Assembly: GCA_018900975.1 (NCBI GenBank)
Contig: JAHIFK010000234.1
Span: forward strand, 1-37,485
Direction: 5' to 3'
DNA: 37,485 nt
Origin: Methanobacteriota archaeon
GTDB lineage: Archaea; Halobacteriota; Methanosarcinia; Methanosarcinales; Methanoperedenaceae
This document shows positions 9,462 through 18,827 of the stretch, in pieces. The first letter of the stretch is position 1. Each line of letters begins with the position of its first letter. Position numbers and translations under genes: made by a program. Below the pieces are notes generated by a model that was given only the letters and a program-made list of their open reading frames with translations, was not told the DNA's origin and did no database searches.

Positions 9462-9887
9462 ATGGCAGTCGGGAATAGGAAAGACCCTTATGGCGTCTTT
9501 AGATTTCGCGTGGAAATAGAAGGCATCATCGCAGGTGGATTTAGTGAAGTTTCGGGATTGAGCATTCAGACCGAAGTCGAATCAATAAGAGAAGGTGGAG
9601 TCAATGATTTTGAGTATAAGCTTCCCAAGGGAACAAAATACTCGGACATAACATTAAAGCGTGGGCTTACTGACTGGGAACTGTACAACTGGTACATGGA
9701 CGTGATAAACGGGAAGATCGAAAGGAAAAGTGGTGCGATCTACCTTCTTGACCAGGAAGGAAAACAGGTGATGGACTGGTATTTCTTTGAAGCTTTTCCC
9801 GTAAAATGGGAGGGTTCGGCATTGAATGCAGCAAGCAATACGGTTGTAAGTGAAACCCTGATATTGACCCATCATGGTCTGGTGTAA
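9462..9887 (+). CDS. Second tail tube protein (Afp5-like)
   Basis: DPYGVFRFRVEI, FSEVSGL, REGGVN, KLP...KYSDITLKRG and AFPVKW motifs; paralog of 8437-8880. Confidence 0.93.
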   Translation: MAVGNRKDPYGVFRFRVEIEGIIAGGFSEVSGLSIQTEVESIREGGVNDFEYKLPKGTKYSDITLKRGLTDWELYNWYMDVINGKIERKSGAIYLLDQEGKQVMDWYFFEAFPVKWEGSALNAASNTVVSETLILTHHGLV

Positions 9888-9929
9888 TTAGAGGAAGCAG
9901 AATTTGCAGCAAGGATCAATTTAAAAAAC

Positions 9930-11915
9930 ATGAAATTCGACTTAAATTCTCATCTTTTTCAGAAAGAACTATCAGCTAAGGCTCTAGGACTTGGAGGTTT
10001 CAATTTTTCTAAGCGGATAGCAGGCAAATATGGCATCTTTAGAAAAAAAGGCAGGCTTCCTTCACTGATATTCCTGAGATTATCAGGTGTAAGATCGATG
10101 AACAAAGAATCAGGCACAGTTCATAGAATATCGATCAGCAATTTCCTGAAATTCCAGTTCAGCTTCTATTTTGAATTCATCAGGCAGTTGATAAAAAAAC
10201 CGGATAATTACCATCTTCAGAAACTCCATAACTTCATAAATACCAGGAAGGAGAGGGTTTTACCACATACGAATGAGAGGATTTTACAGCATACGAATCA
10301 GAGGTTTTTACCGAATACGAATAAACGATCCATCGAGATTATGAAAATATATGGTGAAAAATTCAGGATCGGGGTTCCATATAAATCAGTCTCATACCTG
10401 AATGTCCCTGGTTTTTTTAGACGGTCCTTGCGAGGCGCTGAATTCAAGGGGGACATCGAATATCGATCACATGTTGGACGATCCACAGACCTGATCAATG
10501 AGGGTCAGCAACGAAGTGGCTTACAATTCCTTAATAAATCAGCAACTCACCAGAGAGACCGGACATCTCCACAAGAAGAAATTCCTTCGGGGTATTCAAG
10601 CGCAATAATAAATGTGAAACCTCCAAAAGGCACTAATACTTTCCAAAAAGAAATAACAGCATCGAATGAAGATTATAAACATATAACAGCATCGAATGAA
10701 GATCATGAACATATTCCGGGAGAGTCTGTCATTTCAGGCAGGAATTTCTTAACCACTCGTTCATATTCGATAATCCAGCCAATTAGAATGGTCACGTATA
10801 CTGTGAATGTGACTATGAGCCATTCGCAAAGAATACCAGATACCTGGAATTTTGGTTCTGGAAGCTCTCAAATCGGTTATCCTCTTGTATCCGGTAAACA
10901 ACCTTATGAAAGAAGGTCTTTTCCTGCAGGAATAATGAACTCACTTTCGGTTGGTAAAGATGCACTACCTGCAAAGCCCAATTATCCATTACACGTTCAA
11001 AATGGAGTGGTAACGGACATAAGCTATGAAAATATATCTCCGGAAAAAGGGGCTGGAAATAACTTTATTTTCACCCGCCGGCATCTGATAGCAAGATCAG
11101 CCAATATTGCTCTGATATACTCAAACCCTGAGATCAATAGTTATCTAAACAAAATCAGAGAAACTTCAGAACCGGCACTCACAGGAGTGAGCGGTCATCC
11201 AGATGACAAAAGTGTGTTACCCCAAAGGATGAATGAACCTGAAATAAGCTACAGGAATATCCCCGAGGAAGACGGGAGAACTGGAAAAAATCTCGTCGGT
11301 CCACGTCTGATAAGTATGCCTTTCAAAATGATCTCAAATCTCGGGAATACTGTAAATTTGGGATATTTTCAAAGATTTTTCAATTCCATGAACATGGTAT
11401 CAAAAAGTGATCGCAGCATCCAGGACATGAAAGAAAAAGGCACAGAATCATTCCGACAAAACGGGACTATCACAAATACATATTATGAAAATGGTATCAC
11501 TGAATATGGAATCGCAGGAAGAAAAAATATGATCATATCATATCGGGGAGGAAATATATTGAAATCGACTGATGATCATTTTTCCGAAATGGTTTTTGCT
11601 CTGGAGGATAACGATCAGAAATATGGAACTCTTAATCAGGGAATGAAAACACTGATTGGAGCTTCAACTGGCGATATTCCCCATAACTTCTCTTCTGACC
11701 TGATCCTTAAAAAACCTGCAGTACAAAATACGCAGATCAATTCAGAAAATAAGGCAACGGTAGAAAAAACAGCTTCACAAAATATAAATGAAACTTTTAT
11801 TAGGGGATCCTTTAAAGAAAAACCATCCCATGAGATCAACAGGATCGCAGATACCGTGTACAAGATCATTGAAAAAAGGATTATGATAGAGAAAGATCGA
11901 CGGGGGTTATTCTGA
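9930..11915 (+). CDS. Putative tape-measure-like protein
   Basis: Long, disordered-looking, internally repetitive; between tube and LysM genes; C-terminal helix EINRIADTVYKIIEKRIMIEKDRRG of the type seen at this position in CIS loci. Confidence 0.55.
   Translation: MKFDLNSHLFQKELSAKALGLGGFNFSKRIAGKYGIFRKKGRLPSLIFLRLSGVRSMNKESGTVHRISISNFLKFQFSFYFEFIRQLIKKPDNYHLQKLHNFINTRKERVLPHTNERILQHTNQRFLPNTNKRSIEIMKIYGEKFRIGVPYKSVSYLNVPGFFRRSLRGAEFKGDIEYRSHVGRSTDLINEGQQRSGLQFLNKSATHQRDRTSPQEEIPSGYSSAIINVKPPKGTNTFQKEITASNEDYKHITASNEDHEHIPGESVISGRNFLTTRSYSIIQPIRMVTYTVNVTMSHSQRIPDTWNFGSGSSQIGYPLVSGKQPYERRSFPAGIMNSLSVGKDALPAKPNYPLHVQNGVVTDISYENISPEKGAGNNFIFTRRHLIARSANIALIYSNPEINSYLNKIRETSEPALTGVSGHPDDKSVLPQRMNEPEISYRNIPEEDGRTGKNLVGPRLISMPFKMISNLGNTVNLGYFQRFFNSMNMVSKSDRSIQDMKEKGTESFRQNGTITNTYYENGITEYGIAGRKNMIISYRGGNILKSTDDHFSEMVFALEDNDQKYGTLNQGMKTLIGASTGDIPHNFSSDLILKKPAVQNTQINSENKATVEKTASQNINETFIRGSFKEKPSHEINRIADTVYKIIEKRIMIEKDRRGLF
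10251..10322 (+). repeat. 24-bp in-frame tandem repeat x3
   Basis: Encodes ERVLPHTN/ERILQHTN/QRFLPNTN. Confidence 0.9.
10653..10712 (+). repeat. 30-bp in-frame tandem repeat x2
   Basis: Encodes ITASNEDYKH/ITASNEDHEH; 28 of 30 nt identical. Confidence 0.9.
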
Positions 11916-12523
11916 TGGTTTCAAAGGCTCAGATAATTGTTCTTGACACGAAAGAAACTATCGATGTAATGTTCAATCCAAAGGAATATTCCGTCTCCAC
12001 CATTGCAGAAACAGAAGGTGAAGGCTCATCGCTGAGTTTCAATAAAGTAAATATTTCGGATTTCCCAGTTACATTGCTTTTTGATACCTATGAAAAACAA
12101 TCCGATGTCAGAGAAAAAATAGAAAAAATAACCTCACTGGTTATGCCTTCGGTTGAGGGAAAAGAAACAAAACAACCTCATATTTGCTTATTTAGCTGGG
12201 GGAAATTCATTTACAAAGGGATCATATATAAACATGACCAGAAGTTCACACTGTTTCTCCCGAACGGGATACCTGTGAGAGCGGAACTTACAATAACTTT
12301 CAAGTCTGTTGTAACAACCGAAGAAGACGCGAAGTTCAAAGGAAAAGATGCCTGCAGGAAATTGTGGACTGTAAAAAGCGGGGACAGACTTGACCTTATC
12401 GCCGACAAGGCGCTAAAGGATGTATCTTTATGGAGGAAGATCGCTGACGAAAATCATATTGTTAATCCGCTCGATTTCCCAAACGATGATGACATTGGAA
12501 GGATCTTAATAATTCCTGATTAG
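11915..12523 (+). CDS. CIS tube initiator with LysM domain (Afp7-like)
   Basis: VMFNPKEY, LLFDTYE, FSWG, FTLFLPNGIPVRA motifs; LysM (VKSGDRLDLIA...LWRKIADENHI.NP). Confidence 0.92.
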   Translation: MVSKAQIIVLDTKETIDVMFNPKEYSVSTIAETEGEGSSLSFNKVNISDFPVTLLFDTYEKQSDVREKIEKITSLVMPSVEGKETKQPHICLFSWGKFIYKGIIYKHDQKFTLFLPNGIPVRAELTITFKSVVTTEEDAKFKGKDACRKLWTVKSGDRLDLIADKALKDVSLWRKIADENHIVNPLDFPNDDDIGRILIIPD

Positions 12524-12536
12524 GGGGTCTTGCCTG

Positions 12537-13586
12537 ATGGACGCCAATATAATAAATGTCGCCAAATTCAAGCTGCTCCTGAATGGAAGTGAGTTATCAA
12601 ATGAGTTATTGTCTGCCGTGGATGGGGTAACCGTTGAAGATGAGATCAATCTACCAACAATGTTTACTATCAAACTAAACACGGTTGATTTTTTTAAAGG
12701 CGATTGGAGAGGTGTTGATCTTAAGGCCTTCAAGGTCGGAGACATTGTGAAAGTCTTCATGGGAATAGACAGCACGGTTGAAATGATGATAGGTGAGATC
12801 ACTTCCCTTGATTATACATTCGGTGATTCTTCCTATGTTGAGATAAGGGGTTATGACAGGCTTCACAGGTTCAGGTTTGGAACAATGAGGCGATCGTTCA
12901 AGGATATGAAAGATAGTGATATCGCATCAACGGTCGCGTCTGATGTCAGTCTTTCACCCGATGTCGAAGATACTGGAACTATCCAACCGTACATATTCCA
13001 GAATAACCAGACAAACTATGAATTCCTACTCGAACGCGCAAACCGGATCGGTTATGAAATGTTCGTTGATGATAAGACTTTTATTTTTCGAAAATCGCAA
13101 GAGGATAAAACTCCAGAGATAACACTCCAATACAGGATAGACCTGCAGAGTTTTTCAGCTCAGATAAGAACTCTAACCGAAGGGAGCGAAATCGAGGTCA
13201 GGGGCTGGAACGTTAAAGACAAGGAAGAGATAACTTCCACAGCTTCAAAAGGAAGTGAGATATCAAAAATGACAGGGAAAGAATCAGGATATGAAATGTC
13301 TGAAAAAGCCTTCAACGCATCTGGTATTGCTCTGGTGGACTATTCAATTATAGATTCAAAAGACGCTGAAAATATTGCAAAGGCGAAGTATAATATGTTT
13401 CTTAAAGAATTTTTAACAGGCGAGGGAGTCTGCGGAGGGAATCCAAAAATACGGGCAGGTAAAACCATAGAGATCAAAGGTCTGGGAGAAAGGCTCAGCG
13501 GCGCATATTACATTGCCTCTACTATTCATTCTATCGACCAGGGGGCATATAAGACCACATTCAAGGTGAGGAGAACAGGAATATGA
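12537..13586 (+). CDS. Baseplate hub (phage late control D / gp27-like N-terminal half of VgrG/Afp8)
   Basis: IRGYDRLHR, QNNQTNYEFLLERANRIGY, VRGWN and GNPKIRAG...GLGERLSGAYYI motifs. Confidence 0.9.
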   Translation: MDANIINVAKFKLLLNGSELSNELLSAVDGVTVEDEINLPTMFTIKLNTVDFFKGDWRGVDLKAFKVGDIVKVFMGIDSTVEMMIGEITSLDYTFGDSSYVEIRGYDRLHRFRFGTMRRSFKDMKDSDIASTVASDVSLSPDVEDTGTIQPYIFQNNQTNYEFLLERANRIGYEMFVDDKTFIFRKSQEDKTPEITLQYRIDLQSFSAQIRTLTEGSEIEVRGWNVKDKEEITSTASKGSEISKMTGKESGYEMSEKAFNASGIALVDYSIIDSKDAENIAKAKYNMFLKEFLTGEGVCGGNPKIRAGKTIEIKGLGERLSGAYYIASTIHSIDQGAYKTTFKVRRTGI

Positions 13587-14221
13587 GCATTACTGGAATT
13601 CTTGAACAGGGAAAGAAACACGACTCTAAAATTTATGGGGTTGTGGCTGGTATCGTCACTGATAATAAAGATCCTGATGGACTTGGCCGCATCAAAGTGA
13701 TAATACCCCGCATAAGTGGTGAAGATGAATCTAACTGGGCAAGGGTTATTTCATTCATGGCAGGAAAAGAGCGAGGCGCATTTTACTTACCTGAAGTTGA
13801 CGATGAAGTTCTCTTGGCGTTCGAATATGGCGATATAAATATCCCGTATGTAATTGGTTCATTATGGAACGGCAAAGATAAGCCGCCTATTACGAACGAT
13901 GATGGTGAAAATAATATCAGGATCATTAAATCGCGAAGCGGCCATATCATACGGCTTGACGATACAGATGGGAAAGAAAAGATCGAGATAGTGGATAAAA
14001 CCGAAAAAAATTCGATTATCATTGATTCAAAGGAGAACAAGATCTCTATAAAATCCGAAAAGGATATTGAAATATCAGCGCCAAACGGGAAAGTAACAAT
14101 AGATGCAAAAGACATTGAAGCAAAATCGTCTGCATCAGCAAAGATCGAAGCATCATCGAGTATGGATCTCAAAGCTTCAGGAACATTGACTGTAAAAGGG
14201 GCTACGGTGAATATTAATTAA
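13583..14221 (+). CDS. Spike protein (baseplate assembly protein V / gp5 OB-fold)
   Basis: GIVTDNKDPDGLGRIKV, WARV, LPEVDDEVLLAFEYGD...PYVIGSLWNG and SRSGH motifs; beta-helix tail. Confidence 0.93.
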   Translation: MSITGILEQGKKHDSKIYGVVAGIVTDNKDPDGLGRIKVIIPRISGEDESNWARVISFMAGKERGAFYLPEVDDEVLLAFEYGDINIPYVIGSLWNGKDKPPITNDDGENNIRIIKSRSGHIIRLDDTDGKEKIEIVDKTEKNSIIIDSKENKISIKSEKDIEISAPNGKVTIDAKDIEAKSSASAKIEASSSMDLKASGTLTVKGATVNIN

Positions 14222-14223
14222 TT

Positions 14224-14619
14224 ATGGGACAACCAGCAGCGAAACAGGGAGACCAGATCATGGCAACGGATATCCATATAATTATGATACCAGCGGTACC
14301 GTCGCCAATTCCGACACCATTACCACATCCGTTCACAGGTATCATAGACGGGAACCTCAGTTCTGATGTCAATATAATGGGAATGCCTGCAGCTACTGTC
14401 GATTCCACCGCTTCCAATACCCCGCCCCACATTCCTCAGGGTGGGCCTTTTCAGAGCCCTCCATCGAACAAGGCTACTATTAAGTTAGGGAGTACTACGG
14501 TGAAAATAAACGGGAAAATGGCAGCAAGAAATGGAGATATGGCAATGACATGTAATGACCCTGCAGATCTTCCGTCTGGAACAGTAATGGCCGTTGGTAC
14601 TGTTCTCATTGGAGGATAA
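14224..14619 (+). CDS. PAAR-domain spike tip (Afp10-like)
   Basis: PAAKQGD, PAATVDS and GSTTVKINGKMAARNGD...C...TVLIGG motifs. Confidence 0.93.
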   Translation: MGQPAAKQGDQIMATDIHIIMIPAVPSPIPTPLPHPFTGIIDGNLSSDVNIMGMPAATVDSTASNTPPHIPQGGPFQSPPSNKATIKLGSTTVKINGKMAARNGDMAMTCNDPADLPSGTVMAVGTVLIGG

Positions 14620-15021
14620 ATGACAGAAGCGGATTTCTTAGGTAGGGGCTGGAAGTATCCGGTATCTATAGAAAACGGAAAGATAATTTCCTCTGAAGGT
14701 TACGATTCTATACGGGAATCCATAATGATCATACTGGGCACTTCCAAAGGGGAACGGGTCATGAGACCGGATTTTGGATGTGGGATCAATGAGCTTGTTT
14801 TTGCACCGAACAATACCTCAACTGCTACCCTTATAACATTTTATATAAAAGAAGCTTTGCTGAAATGGGAGCCACGAATTGAATTGCTGAAAGTGAACGC
14901 ACAGCCTGATGAAACAGAACAGAACAAACTTATCATAACTATAGATTACATGGTAAAGACAACAAATACAAGGGATAACCTGGTATATCCATTTTATCTT
15001 GAGAGAGGGGGGATTTCATGA
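14620..15021 (+). CDS. gp25/GPW baseplate protein (Afp9-like)
   Basis: FLGRGW.YP, IRESI.IILGT..GERVMRPDFGCG, WEPRI and NLVYPFYL motifs. Confidence 0.95.
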   Translation: MTEADFLGRGWKYPVSIENGKIISSEGYDSIRESIMIILGTSKGERVMRPDFGCGINELVFAPNNTSTATLITFYIKEALLKWEPRIELLKVNAQPDETEQNKLIITIDYMVKTTNTRDNLVYPFYLERGGIS

Positions 15022-18000
15022 CAACAGCCCCACCTAAGATCGACTCAAGGGACCAGCAGATGCTGTATGAACAGGTAAGAGATCTGGCTCTTTACTATTG
15101 TCCCGAATGGATAGAGGAGGATGTGATCGGGTCGGATAAAAATGCCGATGCCCTTATGCGTATATTCGCCAGGATGATGGAGATAATTATCCAGCGGTTG
15201 AACAAAGTCCCTGATAAGAATTTTCTGGCTTTTCTGGATATGGTGGGAACAAGCTTATTTCCTCCCAGAGTGGCCAGAGCACCTCTGACCTTTACCATGG
15301 CAAAAGGGGAAACTAAATACAGGAAAATATCAGGCAGGACCCAGGTAGCTACTGCCCAGACAAAGGAAAAAGAAGCCATCGTTTTTGAAACCGCAAAAGA
15401 CCTCACTATTATCTCTCCAAAACTGGTCGGGGTTGTAAGTCTTTCACCGGATGAAGATAAATGGATGGATCAATCCACTATTCTATCTGGTAATACAAAA
15501 GAGGCTGTTGTCCTTTTCAAAGGGAAAGAGCTTGTTCCTCACCGTCTTTACATAGGTGACAGTGATCTTTTCAGTTTTAAGGAAAAAGCTGTCATTAAAC
15601 TTGATATTACTTTCAATACAAGTATAAAGGGTAATGTTCCCTGGAACGTGAAGTGGTACTACTATGATGTAAATTCAGTTCCAAAATCCCTGGATGTTGC
15701 AGACATTACTTTTCAGGATGTTTCAGCTAAGAATGACAAAAAAGTTACCAGCCGTTTGCAGATAGCAAGTATTACTTTTACACCAGTTGGGGGAATTTCG
15801 GAAAATACCCTGATGGAAAAGGCTCAAAAGAAAAGCTGGACAAAGCACTGGTTATATGCAGAATTGAACGCTCCAATTCAAAAAGATAACCTGCCTTTGA
15901 TCAATACGATAAGAGGGAGTGTTTCGATAGCCCCTGGTTCTCCTGTCCCTCCGGATGTGGCTTTTTTCAATAATTTCCCGATTGATCTGACGAAGGATTT
16001 TTATCCTTTCGGAGAAAGACCAAAATTCAATGATACTTTTTATATTGGCTCAAAGGAGGTCTTTTCTAAAAAAGACGCAACGATAACATTGGCATTCACA
16101 CTTTCAGAAGGAGTGGATAAACCTGAACCTGAAAAAATAAAACTTCGATGGGAATTCTGGAACGAAGATCGCTGGGAGCTGATAGGAGAAACTACAAAGG
16201 AAGGCTCAAAAACAGAAGGTTTCACAGACGGGACAAAGGCTTTCACAAACAATATTGCAGGGCAGCATGAAGTCAGTTTCATTTGTAAAAAGATCGAACA
16301 GCTTGAAATCAATGCGCAAGAGAGCCACTGGATCCGGGTGCGCATCATCGAAGGCGATTACGGCAGGGAGGCAAAATATTATGAACAGACCGCAGGCACT
16401 CACAATCTGGTTGAGATCATCAATGGGATCAAACAAAAAAAGGTTGTGGGAAGTGATGGAGAAATAACCTATACACCCCTGAGCGATGAAAAGACCGAGT
16501 GGATAGTCAGCCCACCCACCTTCAAGCCACCATCCATAAAGAATTTTACCCTGAACTATTCTTTTGATGTAAAAAATAAAGAACCGCAGGTCGTTCTTAA
16601 ATACAATGATTTCACCTATCGCGATGAAACTGTAGCGTGCATGGATGACAATAGTACATTCACCCCATTCCAAACTGTGGCTGATACCCAGAAGGCAGTC
16701 TATCTGGCATTTGACCAGGATATTTCAACACTGCCGGTGACCATATTCTTCCCGCTCCTTGAAAATATGTTCACTGCTGTCATGGATCCTGCTTCTTACA
16801 GCCCTCCGGTCCTTGCATGGGAATACTGGAACGGGAAGACCTGGTCCCTTCTGAGCGCTGAAGATGGAACCAGGAATCTGACTAAAATGGAGATGATACA
16901 ATTCCTCGCACCAAATGATGTGAAAAAGAGATACTGCTTTGATGTCGAAACGGAATATTACTGGATGCGGGCGAGGCTGGATAAAGGCAATTATGAGAAC
17001 TTCCCCCGGTTGAGAGGCGTCTACACCAATACTGTCTGGGCATATAATCACATCACGGTTGACAGTGAGATCCTGGGTTCAAGCAACGGGAAAACCAGTC
17101 AGGTTTTTAATTTTTCCCGTTTCCCTGTTTTGCCAGGACAAAAAGTCATGGTGCGTGAGATCTCACTTACAGAAAAAGAGAAATCGACTATCCGCTTTGA
17201 GGAAAGAAAGGATGCGATAGAAGAGATAAAGGATGATGACGATAATGTTGTTGGGTACTGGGTGCGATGGCATGAAAAGAACCATTTTTACTCTTCAGGT
17301 CCTCACAGCCGGCACTATATTATTGACCGCAACAAAGGGACGATAACCTTTGGTGATGGCGAAAGGGGCATGATCCCTCCTGCAGAAAAGGATAATATCA
17401 GGTCAAGTTACCAGTATGGGGGAGGAGTGAAAGGGAATTTTGTGGGTGCGCGATCCATAGCAAAGCTCAGGACGGCTTTTCCTTTTGTTGAATCAGTCAC
17501 CAATCATGAAGATTCCGATGGCGGTGGGGACCAGGAGAATTTTGACCGGCTCAGGGAACGAGGTCCGCAGACCATCAAGCATCGAGATCGGGCAGTTACG
17601 TACGAGGACTTTGAATGGCTGGTAAGGGAGGCTTCCCCCAAGGTCGCCAAGGTCAAATGTATGGCTACCACGGATCCGGGCAAAAATTTCAGACCAGGCT
17701 GGATAACTATGATCATTGTCCCGGATGAACGTGAAAAACCAAAACCTATCCCAACCCAGGGATTGATCAACGAAATCCAGGACTATATATTTTCCAGGAC
17801 GTCCACATACCTCACAACTTACCCTTCACAGATCACTCTTATTGGCCCGGGCTATATTCAGGTGGGAGTAGAGGTGAAGGCGCATTTCATATCGATGGCG
17901 GATGCAAAAATCATCGAAGGAAGGATCATCGATAATCTTAAGCGGTTCTTTCACCCGCTCATTGGCGGCCCGGAAAAAAAGGGATGGAACTTTGGAAGAA

Positions 18001-18818
18001 AAGTATACATATCAGAAATTTATGAAGTCATCGAAAATACAGAAGGTGTGGACTATGTAGGAGAGCTATTTCTTAATGCTTCGATCCAGGTATATGAATT
18101 GATCTTAGAGGAGAAAATAAATATTACTGGAACCTACCCTGAAAACAGCAGGATAGAAACAAGCGATGGAAAAATCTCATTTTCCCTCGCTGAAAAACTT
18201 CAGGAAGGAACGATAGATACGCTGAATGTTGTGGGTTTTAAGGAGGGAGATAATATCATATTGAGCAATAAGGACAGGAGCACAACCCTTGTAATAAGGT
18301 CAGTATCCCATGAGAGGCTTGGTGATATCCTTGAATGTGAGCCATCCCAGATCGATAATGCATATCCTGTGCGCAGTATAGTTAAAACATCTGATGGGAG
18401 GATAAGATCTTTCAGTCTCAATGAAGTTCCTGCAGGCGATATAAGTCTTAATCCTCTTAAGATATCGATCCTTAAACAGGGCGAAAGTTTTGGACTGACC
18501 CTTAAAGATGATCCTTCTAAACAATTGACCGGAAAAATAAAAGCAGTGAGTGACCGGGTTGAAAAAATATTCGTTGAGATGAACTACCTTGTTTATTCAG
18601 GTGAGCATTCAGTGAACACAACAGTAACTAGAGGATCCGTATATCCGTATCTAATGAATAACAAAACAAAGGAAATACACGATCTGAACAATGAACAACC
18701 AAACTGCAAACTGGATGACATAAAGAAAGACAATATGATTTTTATCAGAACTCTCGATAATATCGATAAATACGATTACTGTCGATGGTGCTTTGGACAA
18801 GAAATGTCAAAACGTTAA
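15018..18818 (+). CDS. Large baseplate J-like wedge protein (Afp11/12-like)
   Basis: IDSRD, RLNKVPDKNFLAFL, LGSSNG, ITFGDGERGMIPP, RDRAVTYEDFEWL and FFHPL.GG....GWNFGR motifs. Confidence 0.9.
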   Translation: MTTAPPKIDSRDQQMLYEQVRDLALYYCPEWIEEDVIGSDKNADALMRIFARMMEIIIQRLNKVPDKNFLAFLDMVGTSLFPPRVARAPLTFTMAKGETKYRKISGRTQVATAQTKEKEAIVFETAKDLTIISPKLVGVVSLSPDEDKWMDQSTILSGNTKEAVVLFKGKELVPHRLYIGDSDLFSFKEKAVIKLDITFNTSIKGNVPWNVKWYYYDVNSVPKSLDVADITFQDVSAKNDKKVTSRLQIASITFTPVGGISENTLMEKAQKKSWTKHWLYAELNAPIQKDNLPLINTIRGSVSIAPGSPVPPDVAFFNNFPIDLTKDFYPFGERPKFNDTFYIGSKEVFSKKDATITLAFTLSEGVDKPEPEKIKLRWEFWNEDRWELIGETTKEGSKTEGFTDGTKAFTNNIAGQHEVSFICKKIEQLEINAQESHWIRVRIIEGDYGREAKYYEQTAGTHNLVEIINGIKQKKVVGSDGEITYTPLSDEKTEWIVSPPTFKPPSIKNFTLNYSFDVKNKEPQVVLKYNDFTYRDETVACMDDNSTFTPFQTVADTQKAVYLAFDQDISTLPVTIFFPLLENMFTAVMDPASYSPPVLAWEYWNGKTWSLLSAEDGTRNLTKMEMIQFLAPNDVKKRYCFDVETEYYWMRARLDKGNYENFPRLRGVYTNTVWAYNHITVDSEILGSSNGKTSQVFNFSRFPVLPGQKVMVREISLTEKEKSTIRFEERKDAIEEIKDDDDNVVGYWVRWHEKNHFYSSGPHSRHYIIDRNKGTITFGDGERGMIPPAEKDNIRSSYQYGGGVKGNFVGARSIAKLRTAFPFVESVTNHEDSDGGGDQENFDRLRERGPQTIKHRDRAVTYEDFEWLVREASPKVAKVKCMATTDPGKNFRPGWITMIIVPDEREKPKPIPTQGLINEIQDYIFSRTSTYLTTYPSQITLIGPGYIQVGVEVKAHFISMADAKIIEGRIIDNLKRFFHPLIGGPEKKGWNFGRKVYISEIYEVIENTEGVDYVGELFLNASIQVYELILEEKINITGTYPENSRIETSDGKISFSLAEKLQEGTIDTLNVVGFKEGDNIILSNKDRSTTLVIRSVSHERLGDILECEPSQIDNAYPVRSIVKTSDGRIRSFSLNEVPAGDISLNPLKISILKQGESFGLTLKDDPSKQLTGKIKAVSDRVEKIFVEMNYLVYSGEHSVNTTVTRGSVYPYLMNNKTKEIHDLNNEQPNCKLDDIKKDNMIFIRTLDNIDKYDYCRWCFGQEMSKR

Positions 18819-18827
18819 GGTGTAAAG

